Source of the DNA: Nemertoderma westbladi | Lineage: Eukaryota; Animalia; Xenacoelomorpha | Assembly: GCA_032718475.1 (NCBI GenBank) | Contig: JAUCBJ010001168.1 | Location: forward strand, 40,511 to 104,510 | DNA length: 64,000 bases | Direction of reading: 5' to 3' | Shown: positions 35,001-49,452 of the stretch, piece after piece | How the letters are laid out: the number at the start of each line of letters is the position of its first letter | Numbering within the stretch: position 1 is the first letter of the stretch | Position numbers and translations under genes: made by a program | Notes under the pieces: model-generated | The model's database searches: none | Told to the model about the DNA's origin: nothing | The model's input: the letters and a program-made list of their open reading frames with translations, nothing else

Positions 35001-37089
35001 GTGTCCCACAGCCGTCAGCGGATAATGCGAGGGCCGAAATAGGTAAACCGCAACGACCGGCGACGGAAAGTAACAGGGGGATCGCGAGTATCCCCAGCGG
35101 CGTGCGACCGAGCAGAGAGAGACAGGTTGACGTCGCGAGAGGGCGGACGAAGCGTCGAGCCCGATCAGAGGAGGGAAGAAGAACAGTGGGGTTTAACCGG
35201 GAGGTCGACGAGAGATCTCGCGAGCGGGAATATTCCACTGATAGGAGAAGAAAGGAAGACAGTAGTAGAAGTATCGCCGCGAACGATAGAAGAGCGAGGA
35301 CGGATAGCGAGCCGTCGATAGTCGAGATGAGAACGGAGAGTCAGTGGGGTCGGACTCCGGGAGATTGCCGTCGCCCCGGAGGGACGCGACCCGACGAGGC
35401 GCACTACGCGCCGAGAGAGGGGTACGCGATGTACCGGTACGAAGATGAGAACAGTAGAGAGGGGGGTCGGAGAGAAACTTTCCGACGGGATATACCTACC
35501 GAACGAGAATACGGTAGCCGCGGGGAGGATTATTCGAGAAGAATAAACTTCGATCCCGAACAACACATGCAGACTGTAGGACATACTGTAGGCCTTACTG
35601 CACATACCGTAGGCCATACTGAGAGAGGCAATATAGGCGATAGGATAGCGCGGACGACGGAATTAAACCCCGAAGTCGCGGAATACATACCGGCGGGTAG
35701 GCCAGAAGCTGATAGGCCTATACCGGTACCAGCACAGCAGTATGACTACAGCATGCAAGGACATAACATATACCCAGGGGAGGGGGGAATTATTGCGGAT
35801 AGGTGCATGGGCCCCAACATATTAACATCAACCCCATTCCCAAACATACCGGTGGGGGGGGGGACAGGGTGACATTCCCCCATCACAATATCAACAATAT
35901 ACCCCGATGGTAGCAAGAACAATGAGACCCTTGGACGAAAACAGATCGTGTGACACAGATATATGGAGGGGGCCGCTACCCCCAATGACATACCCAAGCC
36001 AGAGAAAGCCAAGAGATAGGACAGACGGGACGCACCAGACAGGGGAAACTATACAGCACCCGTCGAATCCATTGGAAGCGCAGGCGATAGGGATGGCCAC
36101 GTTGATCGATGCTTTGAAAACGAGGATCGAGTTACCACCCGTGGAACCATTCAAGTTCGATGGGAGTAGGCCGGAAGAATATTTACAATTTCGGCGAATG
36201 TATAGTAACGAAATACTAACAAAAAACTTGACGCAGGCGGAGTGCCTAAAGTATCTACAAGTGTACACGGGAGGCCCAGCATACGATATCGTGAGGCAAT
36301 ACCAAGGAATAGAGGGCGGCTTCACGACAGCATGGCGGGCACTGGATAGGGAATACGGGCACCCGGCCAAGATCATCAGGCAGACGCTGAGAGGCATAAC
36401 ATCGGGTGGCCTACAGGATAACCCCGTTAGCATCAAGACGTTTGCTAACAAAGTCGAAAAGGCGCTAATCGTGTTGAAGACGCTAGACGCGCCGTACGAG
36501 CTCAATGCGTCCAACAACATCACCACGATAGCGCAGGCACTACCGAACTGGCTGCGCAACAAGTGGAGGAAGATCGCCTTTCTCCACTCGAGATAAGAAG
36601 GGTGCGGAACCAGGTTTAGAAGAAATGTCAAACTTCTTAAATTACGAGGCTGAACTAATAACAGACCCAGTCTATAGTGAAGATAGCCTGGGAAAGGGAC
36701 CAAAGACAGATCACTACAGGCCGAAACCAGAGCATAATACATCAAATGCATTGCCGAGGCTCAGGCAATCATTGCCATACGCAGCGACGCAGGGGACTGC
36801 AAGTCCACAGGCAAACGAAGATAAGACAACATCGTGGAACGGACAGGGGAACAATAACAACATGAATAAACATAACCCCAGTACGTCCAGTAGGCCAAAT
36901 CCAGTCAATAAGAATAGTAGGGACTTTGGTACGAATATAACTGCGATACGCAATGCATTGTATAAAGAGGGCTACGACCCAAAGAGCAAATGCCAGTTAC
37001 ACGCAAATGCGCTTCATAAAACCATGAACTGCAGGTACTGGCAGGCGCTACCGAGGCAAGACCAGATAGATTACGCGTCGAGCAAGTAG
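32038..37089 (+). mobile_element. BEL/Pao LTR retrotransposon D (5' part only; probable LTR 32038-32579)
   Basis: Starts with TGT at the satellite break. Gag motifs LPPVEPFKFDG, FLNYEAELITDPVYS and CQLH...H..MNC. Truncated at the junction with B's LTR. The LTR end is inferred because there is no second LTR. Confidence 0.8.
32660..37089 (+). pseudogene. gag: Frameshifted gag of element D (ORFs 32660-35872, 35907-36596, 36625-37089)
   Basis: Successive ORFs broken at a G-run (~35855) and at ~36595. Contains E/R coiled coil, N-rich tract and a BEL gag core. Confidence 0.8.
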
Positions 37090-37397
37090 TTTAAGTCATA
37101 ACTCTGTTTATATAGATAGAGCGCCACGTCCTAAAGGAACTGTTAATATTTCCCGAAGGTGAATAATATTGTCAGAGATTATATAATACTGTCAGTCGAA
37201 TAATACATTAGGCTTACATAGCAATAAGATTAAGCCGTCGAACCCAATCTCCCGGGTATATCCAGCGGGTGAATGATTGCGCACAGATTGGTTTCGACTA
37301 GTGTAGTGAATCAAATACTTGTCATAGGCTAAAGGTGATTTATTATCTAAAAGACATCCTAATTTGGCGGGTTAAACTGCCAAAGGTCTGAAAGCGC

Positions 37398-37552
37398 GAA
37401 CAATAACGGATATTTAGTCTGTATTGCAGTGTAGGCATTAAATACAGTTTAATATTGTTCTGGTAAGAACAATAACGGATATTTAGTCTGTATTGCAGTG
37501 TAGGCATTAAATACAGTTTAATATTGTTCTGGTAAGAACAATAACGGATATT
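37398..37552 (+). repeat. 69-bp tandem repeat triplicating the LTR-end/PBS junction of B
   Basis: GAACA|ATAACGGATATT at 37398, 37467, 37536. Confidence 0.9.
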
Positions 37553-39713
37553 GCTTCTTTATTGCAGTAAGCAATAAAGTCGAAAGTACCGGTCGACCGG
37601 TAACCAGTAGGCCTGACTGCCTGATCATCCGGACCGGAACCTACAGCAGTACAGGTACAGCAGTATTATTCGATTTTGATAATTATATACCGGTAGGCCT
37701 TAATAATTAATCAGGGACTGCAGCCCTGGTTTTTTATTGAGATTTTTACTTATTTCTGTCAAGTTTTATTTGTTTGTAGGGAGGTATTGAACAGAAGGCA
37801 TGTAAGCCTGATCATATTGTACAGACAATTTGTAGGCTGGGCTGTTGTCTGATTGCTGTTAAGTCTGAACGGATTGCAGTGTGTGTAGGTCACCTGTCCG
37901 ATAAAGAACGGTTAGGAAGTAGGGGCAGCCAAGCTGTAAGGTAAACCCCCGTCTAAAGAATAAGTCGTACTACTGGGTTAGAACGCATACTACCTAATCA
38001 TTTCGGAGTCTGCATGTCCTGTAGTTTATTTAGGCTTGAGAGTAGTCTGCCATCGTTTAGTCTGTACTTTGTTTGTGTAGTCTGTACAGGTAGCGTATAA
38101 TATTTATTTAGATAATTTGTAGGCTGGATAGTTGTCTGGCTGTTATTAGGTCTGAACGGATTGCAGTGTGTGTAGAGCCCTTGTCCGATAAAGAACGGTT
38201 GGGAAGTAGGGGCAGCCAAAGCTGTAAGGTAAACCCCCGTCTAAAGAATAAGTCGTACTACTGGGTTAGAACGCATACTACCTAATCATTTCGGAGTCTG
38301 CATGTCCTGTAGTTTATTTAGGCTTGATAGTAGTCTGTCAGTATTTGGTCTGCATTTTGTTTGAGTGGTTTGTACGCGTAGCGTAATATTTATTATTCAG
38401 AGTTTATGCGATTATTCGCAACATTCATTCCCCAAGTTTGTTCCTACAATAATTGTGTTTGTTATACATACCGCTATAGTTAAATTAACCCCGGTACTAC
38501 ACGGGCTGCTTGGCGTAGGTAAAGACTGGTGATTTTGTGCACCGGTCACTCCAGCAGATGCCGTGGTTCTTTTAGCTGTTCAAGTATATTTAACTACTGA
38601 TTATCTGTTGTACAAGTACTCGTACCTAATTTAGGGTTTAGTGTACAGTGCTTTCCGAAAGTAATTAGTGTAGGCATTATATTTGTGTTGTAAAGTGGTT
38701 GATAGGCACATTCGATTAGCTCTATTAACTTCTAGGTAGGAACACTCCATGATACATAACGTAGAACCTATAGCGATACGGTTATAGGTCGTCAGGCGGT
38801 GGTATTTTCCTATCTGGACAACGCAGTGTATTTACTACTACTTATTATTTTCAAGTACCGCAGTACCCTGTCCGTTGTAATAACCAGATTTCTAACCCTT
38901 TGTTAGGCTGGTTTGTAGACTTCTTGTAAAATTACCCTGAAAATTCGTATTTTGTGTTTTTTGTAAATTTTTGTGTTTATTTAGAGATTGTAATCTCACC
39001 CGAATTGTACGTAATTTGTAGTATTAAGTAACTTAGGTAAATTAGCATTATTTGTTTTAGTGTCCTATAAGTAACACTTCACTGAAAGCGCACCGCTTTG
39101 TGTAGTGATTACTCCCCAGAAATAATAACATTTATTTCAAACATTGACAAAACCCATTAAAACGGGTATATATATATTATAAATCAAATCTAAAGATTTA
39201 TAAATAGTAGGCCTACCATACAACCATTAGGTCTCAATATCAGTTGGACTACTGCTCAAATAACGGTAATAAAGTAAGTAAAGTAACCAAGTAACCCTAA
39301 AATTGAGAAATTCAATTATTTAAAATAATTGATATACCGGTATTTAAGATAGGCCTATTATCTTTATTTCTATAAACTTAGGCTGAAATTATACCGGTAC
39401 TTGTAATTAATTCTAGTCCAGAATTATATATACTACAAACTGTAAGCTGTATACCGGTATTCCCCGATAGGCCTATTATATATTTATATATATTTGTGCT
39501 AAAATTATACCGGTATTCTGTGATAAACCTAGTCTGTAATAATACTTATATAGTTATATATACTATAAGCATACCGGTGTTCTAATATAATATATATCAC
39601 ACTACACTGAGTAGCAGTATCGGTAATTAATTACTAGGCTAGCAGTTAATACTGAGTTACTAGACTTGCTCAGACTGTAATACAGCAGTAGACATTCAAC
39701 TGTATACATAAAC

Positions 39714-42700
39714 ATGTCTGATACTAAGCAGAACCTTTCAGACAGTTTATTAGATGTAACTATCTGCGACTCAGATAGAGACGTAGAACCGTCTGGTCGT
39801 AAGTTCAGTTCACCTCCCACAGTGAGGAAGGTCATCCCTCCTGTAGTAATAACAGAACCTAGGCTGGTCCAACATCGTAGGTCTATCATAGGCACTCGAG
39901 CTCAGGTCAAGCGGGACCAAGAAGCAGCGGAACAGCAACAACCCGTGAGCCAAGAACTTATTTCTCTGCGGCCAGACAACTCCAGTAGTGAGGATACTGT
40001 AGAGCTGACACCCGAGCGCGGAGCAAGGATGACGGATGCGGTTTATTCGGATCCCCTTCTCATCCTTCCTGCAGCAGTACTCACTAGGTTATTGATCGCT
40101 GTGGAAGAACACCAGATCGATTGGGCGAGAAGTCAGCGCTCAACTAGAGATAGTTATGCTGGGTATACAAGGGAAGAACTGAAGTCCATGGTCGAGTCGC
40201 AATGGAACTTCCCCGGACCCGGACTCCCGTTTGATTTATCAGAAGCTGCCTGGGAAGACATACACCGGATGGGAGTAGCCAAGGAAACCATCGATCCAGC
40301 TGTGTGGAAGAGGTCCGCAGCCGGATACGCACAGGGATTCTTCAGCTCTATGGAGCGAGTAGAAAAACAACTGTTACAACAACCTCAAGGACCTCAAGAG
40401 CAGGGACAACTGCTTTATCAAGTAAGAGAAAGAATTCTGCGAATCAGGCTAATATTATCAGCCTTTGAAGAGGCTTCTAAAAGAAGACAAGACACGTCGT
40501 TGCAAGTTGCCGTAAAGACTTGGTTTCAACGGGTGAGTCGCCAAGTTCAAGGAACAGCTCAGTGGAAGGCTCAGCTGGAGGAGCGCTCAACCCATGGAGA
40601 ATCAACAGACGCTACTTTTTCCCAAGTGGAAAGTGAAGCGACGGCAGAGAAGCCGCATAAGAGGGATGCCATTGACATCTATCTGTCAGACTATCAACGT
40701 TTTTTAGGTGATGACGAGTTGAGGAGAAGGTTAGATGGACTTAGCCCTAATAGCGAAGGAACTCAGCGTGTGTTGGATGCCATCGATGTGGAAATGAGGG
40801 CTGCGAACCAGGCTAAATTTGATGAACAACTCCGCCTGACACGAGTCCAAGAAGAACAAGTAAAGAAAAAACGTATAGAAGACAGAAAGAAAGCAGCAGT
40901 GGTAGCTGCAGAAGCAGAAAGAAAGGCGGCAGCGGCCGAGGCAAAAGCGGCAGCAGCAGAGGCAGCGGCAGAGGCAAAAGCGGCAGAGGCAGCGGCAGAA
41001 GCAGCGGCAGAAAGAAAGGCGGCCGAGGCTGAAAGAAAGGCCGCAGAGGCAGTGGCAGAAGCCGAACGGAGAGCGATTGAAGAAACCACCCAATTAGAAT
41101 TGGAAAGCATTCAGGAGAATCAAGACTGCATAAATAAACAGTTAACAGCTAGTAATATGCAGATGATGAATCGATCTACTCCCAAAAGACAGGGTTATAC
41201 ATCATCTGAGGAAGGCGATACCACCGACACTGAAGGCGGAGGAAATCGATCTCGCCTAAGCAGACGTAAAAGAACATTCCACCGTCAGAAATTGCCTGAT
41301 TTGCCTCCAGCTGTTAGAAGGCAACTAAATAACACCAACTTAGGCAGTACAGAACCCACAGACCAAATAATTAAAATAGAAAGACTCCCTACTATAGTAG
41401 ATGAGCCTGAAATAATTAGGCCTGTTTTTGAAATCACCCCTTCGGTGATAGACACACCTGTGCTCCCTGAAGCTACCTCTAAATTCCCTTTGCATAGCAC
41501 TAAGCTACCTGTGCCCAGTAGAACTGCCCAGGAGACAGTTCAGGTCCTGGACCCCGAGCGAAATATTCCTGATTTGTCGCCCGTTGTCCCTCGTCCGCCC
41601 GCTACAACGTTGGCGACTCCCGCTCCGGCGGTCGAATGGGTGGACGAGAGACGGCGGGGGATGGATCTCCTGCTCGGGCAGATGCAGGAGGCGGTTCAGC
41701 AATTCAAGGGCACAGTAAGGGAAAGTAGGCTAGAGTTTCAAGAAGTGCAGCAAAGTATCGCGCTAGAACGCGATAAATTAGTAAATACACAAAGGGGTAT
41801 ACCACCACCCTCGGTAACAATGTGTCAACCTGTTAGGTCTGAAGTATCTCATGCGCAAGGTGTGGAGCCTACACGCATATATACTGCTAGCGAAGTAGAA
41901 ACTCCTATAGTAAACCCTATTAAGGGTAATTATAGACCTGTTGATAATGACATTCCTTATAGACCTGATCATAATCCGAGAAATTTATATACCGATAACT
42001 CGATATTAAATAACACGATGGCCCAAGAAAGTTTTACGCGTCAAATGGCTAGAACCGAAGCCCGGCAAGCGGTGAAGGTAGGAGAGATCGTCAAGTTCAA
42101 TGGAGATGAGATGAAATGGTTACCTTTTAATGAATATTACAAAGATAACATACAGAACTCTGTGCTATCTAATGGAGAAAAACTTAGATACCTCATCGAG
42201 TGCTTGGAAGGATCTCCCAAGTTAATGGCGTTAAAGTTTATTGGACATCCAGACGGATTAAGACAAGTTTGGGATACACTAAACATCAGGTATGGTAATA
42301 GGAATAACATCGCTGGGTATTTGTATGCAAAGTTGGTAGCGCCCCGAAAGTTTATTAGCAGCGGGATTATCGAGTTTTCCGATGAGATCCAGGAGATCTG
42401 CAGACAATTAGATTGGCTAGGTAAGTCTCATGAGTATCAGAATACTATGGTTATTAGAGCAGTGGCTTCTACTTTACCGAAAGGTGGAGTAGGTACACGC
42501 TGGGATAAGAAAGTGTTATATATGATGGAACAACAACGACGAGACCCTACCATGGCTGATCTCATGTCATTTCTAGATGGAGAAGTGAAATTACAGCTCC
42601 TGAAACTGTCCAGGGAGAAGACACCGGAAAAAAGGTAAGTGAAAAACCCGTCTCTAGGAGAAAGGTAACACCAGTGTGTTATACAGACGACGGCGAAAGC

Positions 42701-45700
42701 CAGACTTCTCAAGGAGAAGATAGTGGGAAAGACACTGAAAGATGTTATTATGTCAATAAAACACCTAAAGATCAGGTAAGTAAATTCAAGTCTCGAACAA
42801 ATGACAGGAGAGAACAGGTAAGAAAAACTCCTCCTACGTCTCCCAAGAGAATTCAGGTGAGAAAGCCCGAAGAAAAGGCAAGTGTACACAATGTGACTCA
42901 GAATAAGGTAAGTAACATCAAACCGAAATGTGCGCTGTGTGACGGGACCCACCATTTGAATAGGTGTGATGAATTTCTAAAGAAATCATTAACTGAGAGG
43001 CGTGAAGTCATGTGGGACAAGCGGTTGTGTTATAACTGCCTCAGACAAGGACATCAACGGCGAACCTGTTACTCAGACATAAGGTGTGCAAAGTGTGGTG
43101 TGAAACATCATATCTTGTTGCACGCTGAATTCGATCGAAATAGTCCTAATCAGGTAAGTGATTCCGAACTACATGTCCAATTCAGTGATGTGAACGACAC
43201 TGATCAATCTGAGATGGAAGGATTCTATACGGACGAGTTCTCCGACGAAAACGAATCCTGTTACATGATAAATACCGCAGTGTATCGAGCACTCACATAT
43301 GAAAAAGATACAGATAGCGACTTCACTCTAACCACTTCTGATCGACAACCATCGTGGAAAGCACCAACTTCCAATGTAGGAATCCGAGAATTTCCTGTAG
43401 TCCAGTTACGGGTCCATGGACCTCAGAATAGCTATATAGTGAACGCCCTCCTGGACTCCGGCAGCACAGGAACATTCATTGATAAAGAACTAGCCGAAGA
43501 CATCTTCGCTGGACAACCTAAGTTCCGAACCAAGCTAAATATGTCAGGCATTATGCAAGTTTGGAAATCTACAGTAACAGCGGACTATTATGTAGGCGCG
43601 TTGTCCACCCCCCAGGACGAACTAGGAGAACATAGCATAAGGTCAGTGAAAATGGTGGCTATAAAGAACTTCGCTACTACTCAAGCAGACCTTTATAATT
43701 GGGACGAGGATGAGAGCATCCAACATCTTAAGATACCTCGATTCCAGACTGATTATCCTGGAGTGCAAATACTCATCGGCCAAAACGCGCACGAGGCGCT
43801 GGAGACATTAGAGAAACGGCCTGCTCAACCGCAGCCACTACAGACCTATGCGGTAAGAACTAGAGTAGGTTGGTACTTTACTGGCCCTTCCCGTAGAACA
43901 CTCAGAGAAAGACTACCACAAGAGCGCGTCTGCCAGGTGAGTGAATGGGAAGATGATACCAGTGAGGGAGACAACTTAACTGAGGGAACTCCATACTCCT
44001 CAGATAACGACGACGTTCACCAGTTTTTTGATGAGGAGAATACCATCGATCTCCTTAAGGAAAACGAGGCTTGGCAAAACCAAGTGAACTTATGTCAACT
44101 TCTCTATCCATCTGAACGAGAAGCTTATAACGACGAGCTAAATGACGTCATTGAGCGTTGTAATGCCAAGACTCGAGATGAACATGCCGTAAGATTCTTT
44201 ACGCAAGAGGCGGTAGAGCCCAATTCCTACGATAAAGCCTTATCGGTGGAGGAGGAAAGGGCCAAGCAGATCCAAGAAACCACTACGCGTTTCCTCAAAG
44301 ATCAAGGTAGGTATGAAGTCGGTCTACCTTTCCGCAAGAGAGAACCGAAGTTCATCAATAATAGGCCCTTGGCGGAAAAAAGAATCGCGCAACTCCATCG
44401 ACGCCTTACGGCTAATTCTTCAGCTAAAGCAATGTATCAAACACAGCTGGAGAAATTTATTAGTAAGGGATACGCGGAGAGAGTACCGGAAGAAACACCT
44501 GTGACTGAAAGAACATATTACTTAACTCACCATTACGTTCCTAAACCCGGTAAGCCACATGAAGTGAGAGTAGTGTTTGATGGCTCCGCTCTTTACATGG
44601 GTCAATCCCTTAACTCTGAATTGTTACCCGGACCCAACTTGCTTCAATCTTTGTTGGGAATTCTTTTAAGATTGAGACAATATTCGATTGCTTTCGCCTC
44701 CGATATAGAAGGCATGTTCTTACAAGTCAAAGTGTTGGATAGGGATCGAGATAGTCTACGATTTCTGTGGTGGCCCGAAGGAGACCTCAACCAGAAACCG
44801 GTGGAGTACTGGATGACCATCCAGGCCTTTGGGATAATCTCAAGCCCTTCCAACGCCTGTTCTGTAGTGCGTACCACTGCAGAGGACAACCGAGAGGCAT
44901 TCTCTAAGGAAGTGATCGACAACATCAAGCGAGACATATACATGGACGACAATCTGAAGTCCCTCCCATCAGTTGAGGAAGCCATTGAGGTCGCTAAAGG
45001 AACGGTAGAGTGCTTAAAAAGAGGTGGGTTCCGATTAACGAAATTCACCAGCAACTCCCGTGAGTTTCTGGAGTCGATCCCTGCGGAAGATCGAGGGGCG
45101 AAAGATCTAGATTTGATCAAAGATGATCTGCCAGAAACCAAGACACTCGGCTTGAAATGGGACACAGAGCGAGATATCCTGTTTTTCCAGCTAAAACAGC
45201 GAGATAATCCAGTTCGAACCAAACGGATTTGCTTAAGTATACTGAGCACTTATTTCGATCCATTGGGATTTATTAGCCCAGTTATATTGATTGCTCGTAG
45301 TTTGGTACAACAAATGTGGCTTGAAAACCACTCATGGGACGATCCACTTAAGGGAGAATTATTAAAGAAGTGGATGAAATGGGAAGATTCTCTGCCGGCT
45401 ATCGAGGATTTTATAATTTCCCGTTCATATTTTGGTCATGTTCTCCCTACGTATTCCTATCAACTCCATGTGTTTGGAGACGCCAGCGATATGGGAATAG
45501 GTATAGTAGCCTATCTAAGAGTGGAAACTCCGGATGGAATCAAAGTCGCCTTGGTTACTTCTAAGGCATTAATCAACAACAAGTTGAAAGTTCCTCGAGC
45601 GGAGTTAAAAGCGGCTCTATACGCTACAGCCATCGGCCGGAATGTAACAGAACAGATTGACTATCCATTAGAGAAAACTGTCTATTGGACCGACGCTTTA

Positions 45701-47824
45701 CTCGTGTTAGAGTATATAACCAATGAAGTCTGTCAGTTCAGCGTCTTCGTTACCAACAGAGTAGCCATCATACTTAGTCGCACGACGATGGACCAATGGA
45801 GACATTGCCCCGGAACGATTAATCCAGCAGACATCGCCTCCCGAGGAGCGACTCCAAAGGAATTGGTAAATACTCCCGAATGGTTAGGTGGACCCGACTT
45901 TCTCTACCGAGAAGAAGAAGAATGGCCTCCCCATCTCACAACAGCAGAGATCAGACAGGCCAAGGGAGCGGAGAAAGTTAAACCCAAAACTCGAGCGAGT
46001 AAATCGAAGTTGTTTAAACCTGCGGTTGATCTATCTGTATTATTTACTTCCGGAGAGGATGCTTTGGATCCGAAACCCACCGCCACGACTAAAGAAGTCT
46101 TGGAAATCCGTGACAAGGATTGGAAATCTGGAATACCAGATATCTCACAAGGACTCTCACCTCTCTTGCAGAGAGCGATACGTCACTACAGTTCCTGGAA
46201 TCGGCTCTGTAAAGCTGTCACCTATTTAAAACGATGTTTTCATCATCGTTACTCCGGGACAAAGACCAATAGTGATGATGCTCCATCAACATCTGCACGA
46301 GTCCATGTTGTTAAAGATCTTCCTAAGTACAAGATATCCGACAGGTTTCTAAAGGAGAAGATCAGTTACCAGGAGCATGATGAAACCAACAAACAGATGC
46401 TGAGACTCCTACAATGCTATGAGGATCCCGATAAGTATTTCCTGTTGTTAAGAAATCCGCAGATGCGCTTAAGGGATCGCTTCTCTAGTACCATGATAGA
46501 TGGGTTAATACGTGTTGGAGGCAGGCTCACCAACGCCCCATTATCCTTTGACACTAAATTTCCCATACTCATTAGAAATCTTGACATACAAATCAAGATG
46601 ATTGTAGATGTTCATAGCAAACTGTACCATGCTGGTAGAGAACGAGTTCTGAGCGAAATTCGAACTCGCTACTATTTTTATAAACCCCGTAGAGCTCTGA
46701 ACCAAGTTCTTAGGAACTGTATACCCTGTAGGAAAGCATTCAGTAGGCCTTTGACACAGCGAGAGGCAGAATTACCTAGGGAAAGAGTAAGCTTCTATGA
46801 ACCACCCTTTACTAATACCGGTGTGGATTTATTTGGCCCTATTGAAGTATATCGTGCCCGGACTATAGTCAAGAGATGGTGTGTCATCTTCGTTTGTATG
46901 ACTTGTAGAGCTATCCATCTCGATATGGTAAACGATCTATCCACCAACAGCTTCGTGTTGAGTTTACGACGACAGATCGCTCGCTTCGGAACCAGTAACA
47001 CGATGAGATCGGATAAGGGAACGAACTTCATTGGCGCCAACAACGAAATTCAAGCTTACGTAAAGGACTGGAACAAAAGACAGGTGGACGATCAGCTAAG
47101 GATAACAGCGTCTAGCTGGACCTTCAACGCCGCCGACGCCCCTTGGTGGGGAGGAAGTTGGGAGAGATTGATTAGGAGCGTGAAGACTGCGTTCCACTTT
47201 ATTGTGCCTTGTCGCGCTTATCTCACCGACGAACTATTGCGGACGTTAATGGAGGAAATCGCCGCTTATCTCAACGAAAGACCGCTTATGCCAGTCTCTT
47301 CAAGTCCTGATTCCCTGGAAGCGCTAACACCCGCGCACTTTCTACTGAAGAAACCCGTAGCCATGCTCCCACGATCGGAGATCACAGACGGAGACGAGTA
47401 CTGCCGTCGAACCTGGCAACTTATGCAGTTGCTATCCCGTCGTTTCGCTGACCATTTCGAGAAACATTACCTGCCCACTCTACAACTTCGAACTAAGTGG
47501 TTTGCGCAGCAAGAAAACGTCAGCGCTGGAGACATGGTGCTTATTGTGGACCCCGATCTCCCACGTAAGCGATGGCAAACAGGACGTATCATCGAGACTC
47601 ATATCTCGAGCGATGGTTTGGTGTGATCAGTAGAACTCGTCGTAATGCGGCGTAACTTTAAGAAACCAGGGATAGTCTTTGAGACTCAACAGCTCAATCG
47701 CCCAGTGGGTCGTTTATGTTTACTGGAAAGAGACAGAGAGCTGTCCGGAAACTATGGAAGGCAAGAAACTCTTCCCACGACCACTTCCCTAATCCAACCG
47801 ACATCTAGGGACTCCCCAACTTAA
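39714..47824 (+). pseudogene. pol: Gag-pol polyprotein of B with a 1-bp frameshift (~42630) and a premature TGA (47624)
   Basis: ORFs 39714-42638 and 42674-47626. Motifs LLDSGS, YMDD, HVFGDAS, NPADIASRG, HSKLYH...CIPC, GVDLFGP, SDKGTNF, GGSWERLIR. Homology to A's C-terminus (RLCLLERD) continues past the stop. Confidence 0.92.
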
Positions 47825-49452
47825 TATTGTTCGGAGTGGGCGTGTGACTCTATTATTTTATATTATTTTATTACTTTTATATTTATGTATGTATTACTAT
47901 GTAATTTTATTATAATCGTTTTATTTAATTTGGTAGAATATTATTTAGCGATTATTGAGTAGAATAGTGCAATATATTCGTGTTTATTGCGTACGCAATT
48001 ACTTATATTATATTTAGTGCGACGGCGAGAAATAATTCTTTTTCTCTTTCCTTACTGTGTCCGTATTATATTATAAATACGTAACTACAGTAAGATGAAA
48101 TGTCCGTACTTATTAAAGTACAATAAAGCCACTACTATATTCAAGTATTATTGGTAGACAGAGTATTAGGAATGCAAAGTTCAGATCCTCGTGTCTCGGC
48201 TAAACCAAGCTCTGGGTAGACCTTGGAAACGACTTGCCTCTTCACACTGACATTGCTTCGTGCGATATTGCTCTCATACCGTATATTAAATAATACATAT
48301 AGTAGCGTGATGTCCCTCTAACAGTAGCGTGAAACGCAAATAAATCTGTTAAACCTTTTGACCATCTGTAATTCTAGTCGATTAAGATATCGCGGCACCC
48401 ACCGATATACTTGAAAGACAAATTCTAGAATCAGTGGTTAACGTCCCCAGACAAGTTCTGGAATAAATCGGTGCCCATCTCAAATATTAATTATTTAATA
48501 TTTGCAAATCTAATAAATCAAAATCTGTAAAATTCAGATCCTTTAACAATTCTAGTCAATTAAGATATCGTAGCATTTACCGATATTCTTAAAAGGACAA
48601 TTTTCATAGAATTAAGGATCTTGTGTCCCCCGACATGTTATAGACTCAAAATATATCCATTTAATTATCAAATAATAAAATTTCAGGGAATAAATTTAAA
48701 TTCATGCCTTTTAATGAATTTAATAAATTGCCATTTTTACGCAATTTATAACATTCCTAAAATTCCATTAATTAATAGATCAAGGGAGCGGAGATTTATC
48801 TTATTATGCGTATGAGTGTGCGAAAGTCTCCCAAACATAGTCAATAGCCGATAAAATTCATAAAGTCATGTATCAAACAGGACATTGACTATTAAAGAAT
48901 TACTATTAAATAACATCCCAGATCTGTATGCATTGGAATTACCCTAATTCTACCGCTAGCTTTGCATAATGTCACCATAGCAACAACCACGCTAGAATTA
49001 GAAATGAGTTAAAAGAACAATAGAAAGCTTGTCCCATTGAATAGCATAGGGAATAAATAGCGCACTGCTAGTATCCAAGGATACATAATAATACAGTGAC
49101 ATTCTGGAAGGCATTGACTAACGGACAAATGGCCCGAGTGTGTGTAATTTGTGACAAGTTGTGTGTGTGGTATTTGTGAGTTTATAGGCGAATGTTACTA
49201 CTAAGGTGTGTTTACAGTAGCTAGTCGCAATCGTGAAAGTAACCTAACTCTCCAAGGAAAACCTGAAGTACATCTAAGCCTTTGGGACGGACAGTGGAGT
49301 GACTTGTGCCGGTTGTCGTTGTCGTTGTGCGGCTACGTCGTTGGCGAAAGTACAGCGGCGACGACACATCGGCGCTGAGGATCTCGCACTGTCCGGGGGC
49401 TAATTGGGGTAGGCAGCGACGCTCGCTAGCCTAAATATAAACTCCTTATAAT

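Noticed and set aside
33616-35238. Long antisense ORFs over D gag (and similar ones over A, B and C)
   Set aside because: Shadow frames of low-complexity purine-rich coding sequence, with no recognisable domains.
42620-42640. Programmed ribosomal frameshift between gag and pol of B (GGAAAAAAG)
   Set aside because: A reads through in frame here (GAA AAT AAG), C is a single ORF, and the break lies within gag before the zinc knuckles. A 1-bp deletion or homopolymer error is simpler.
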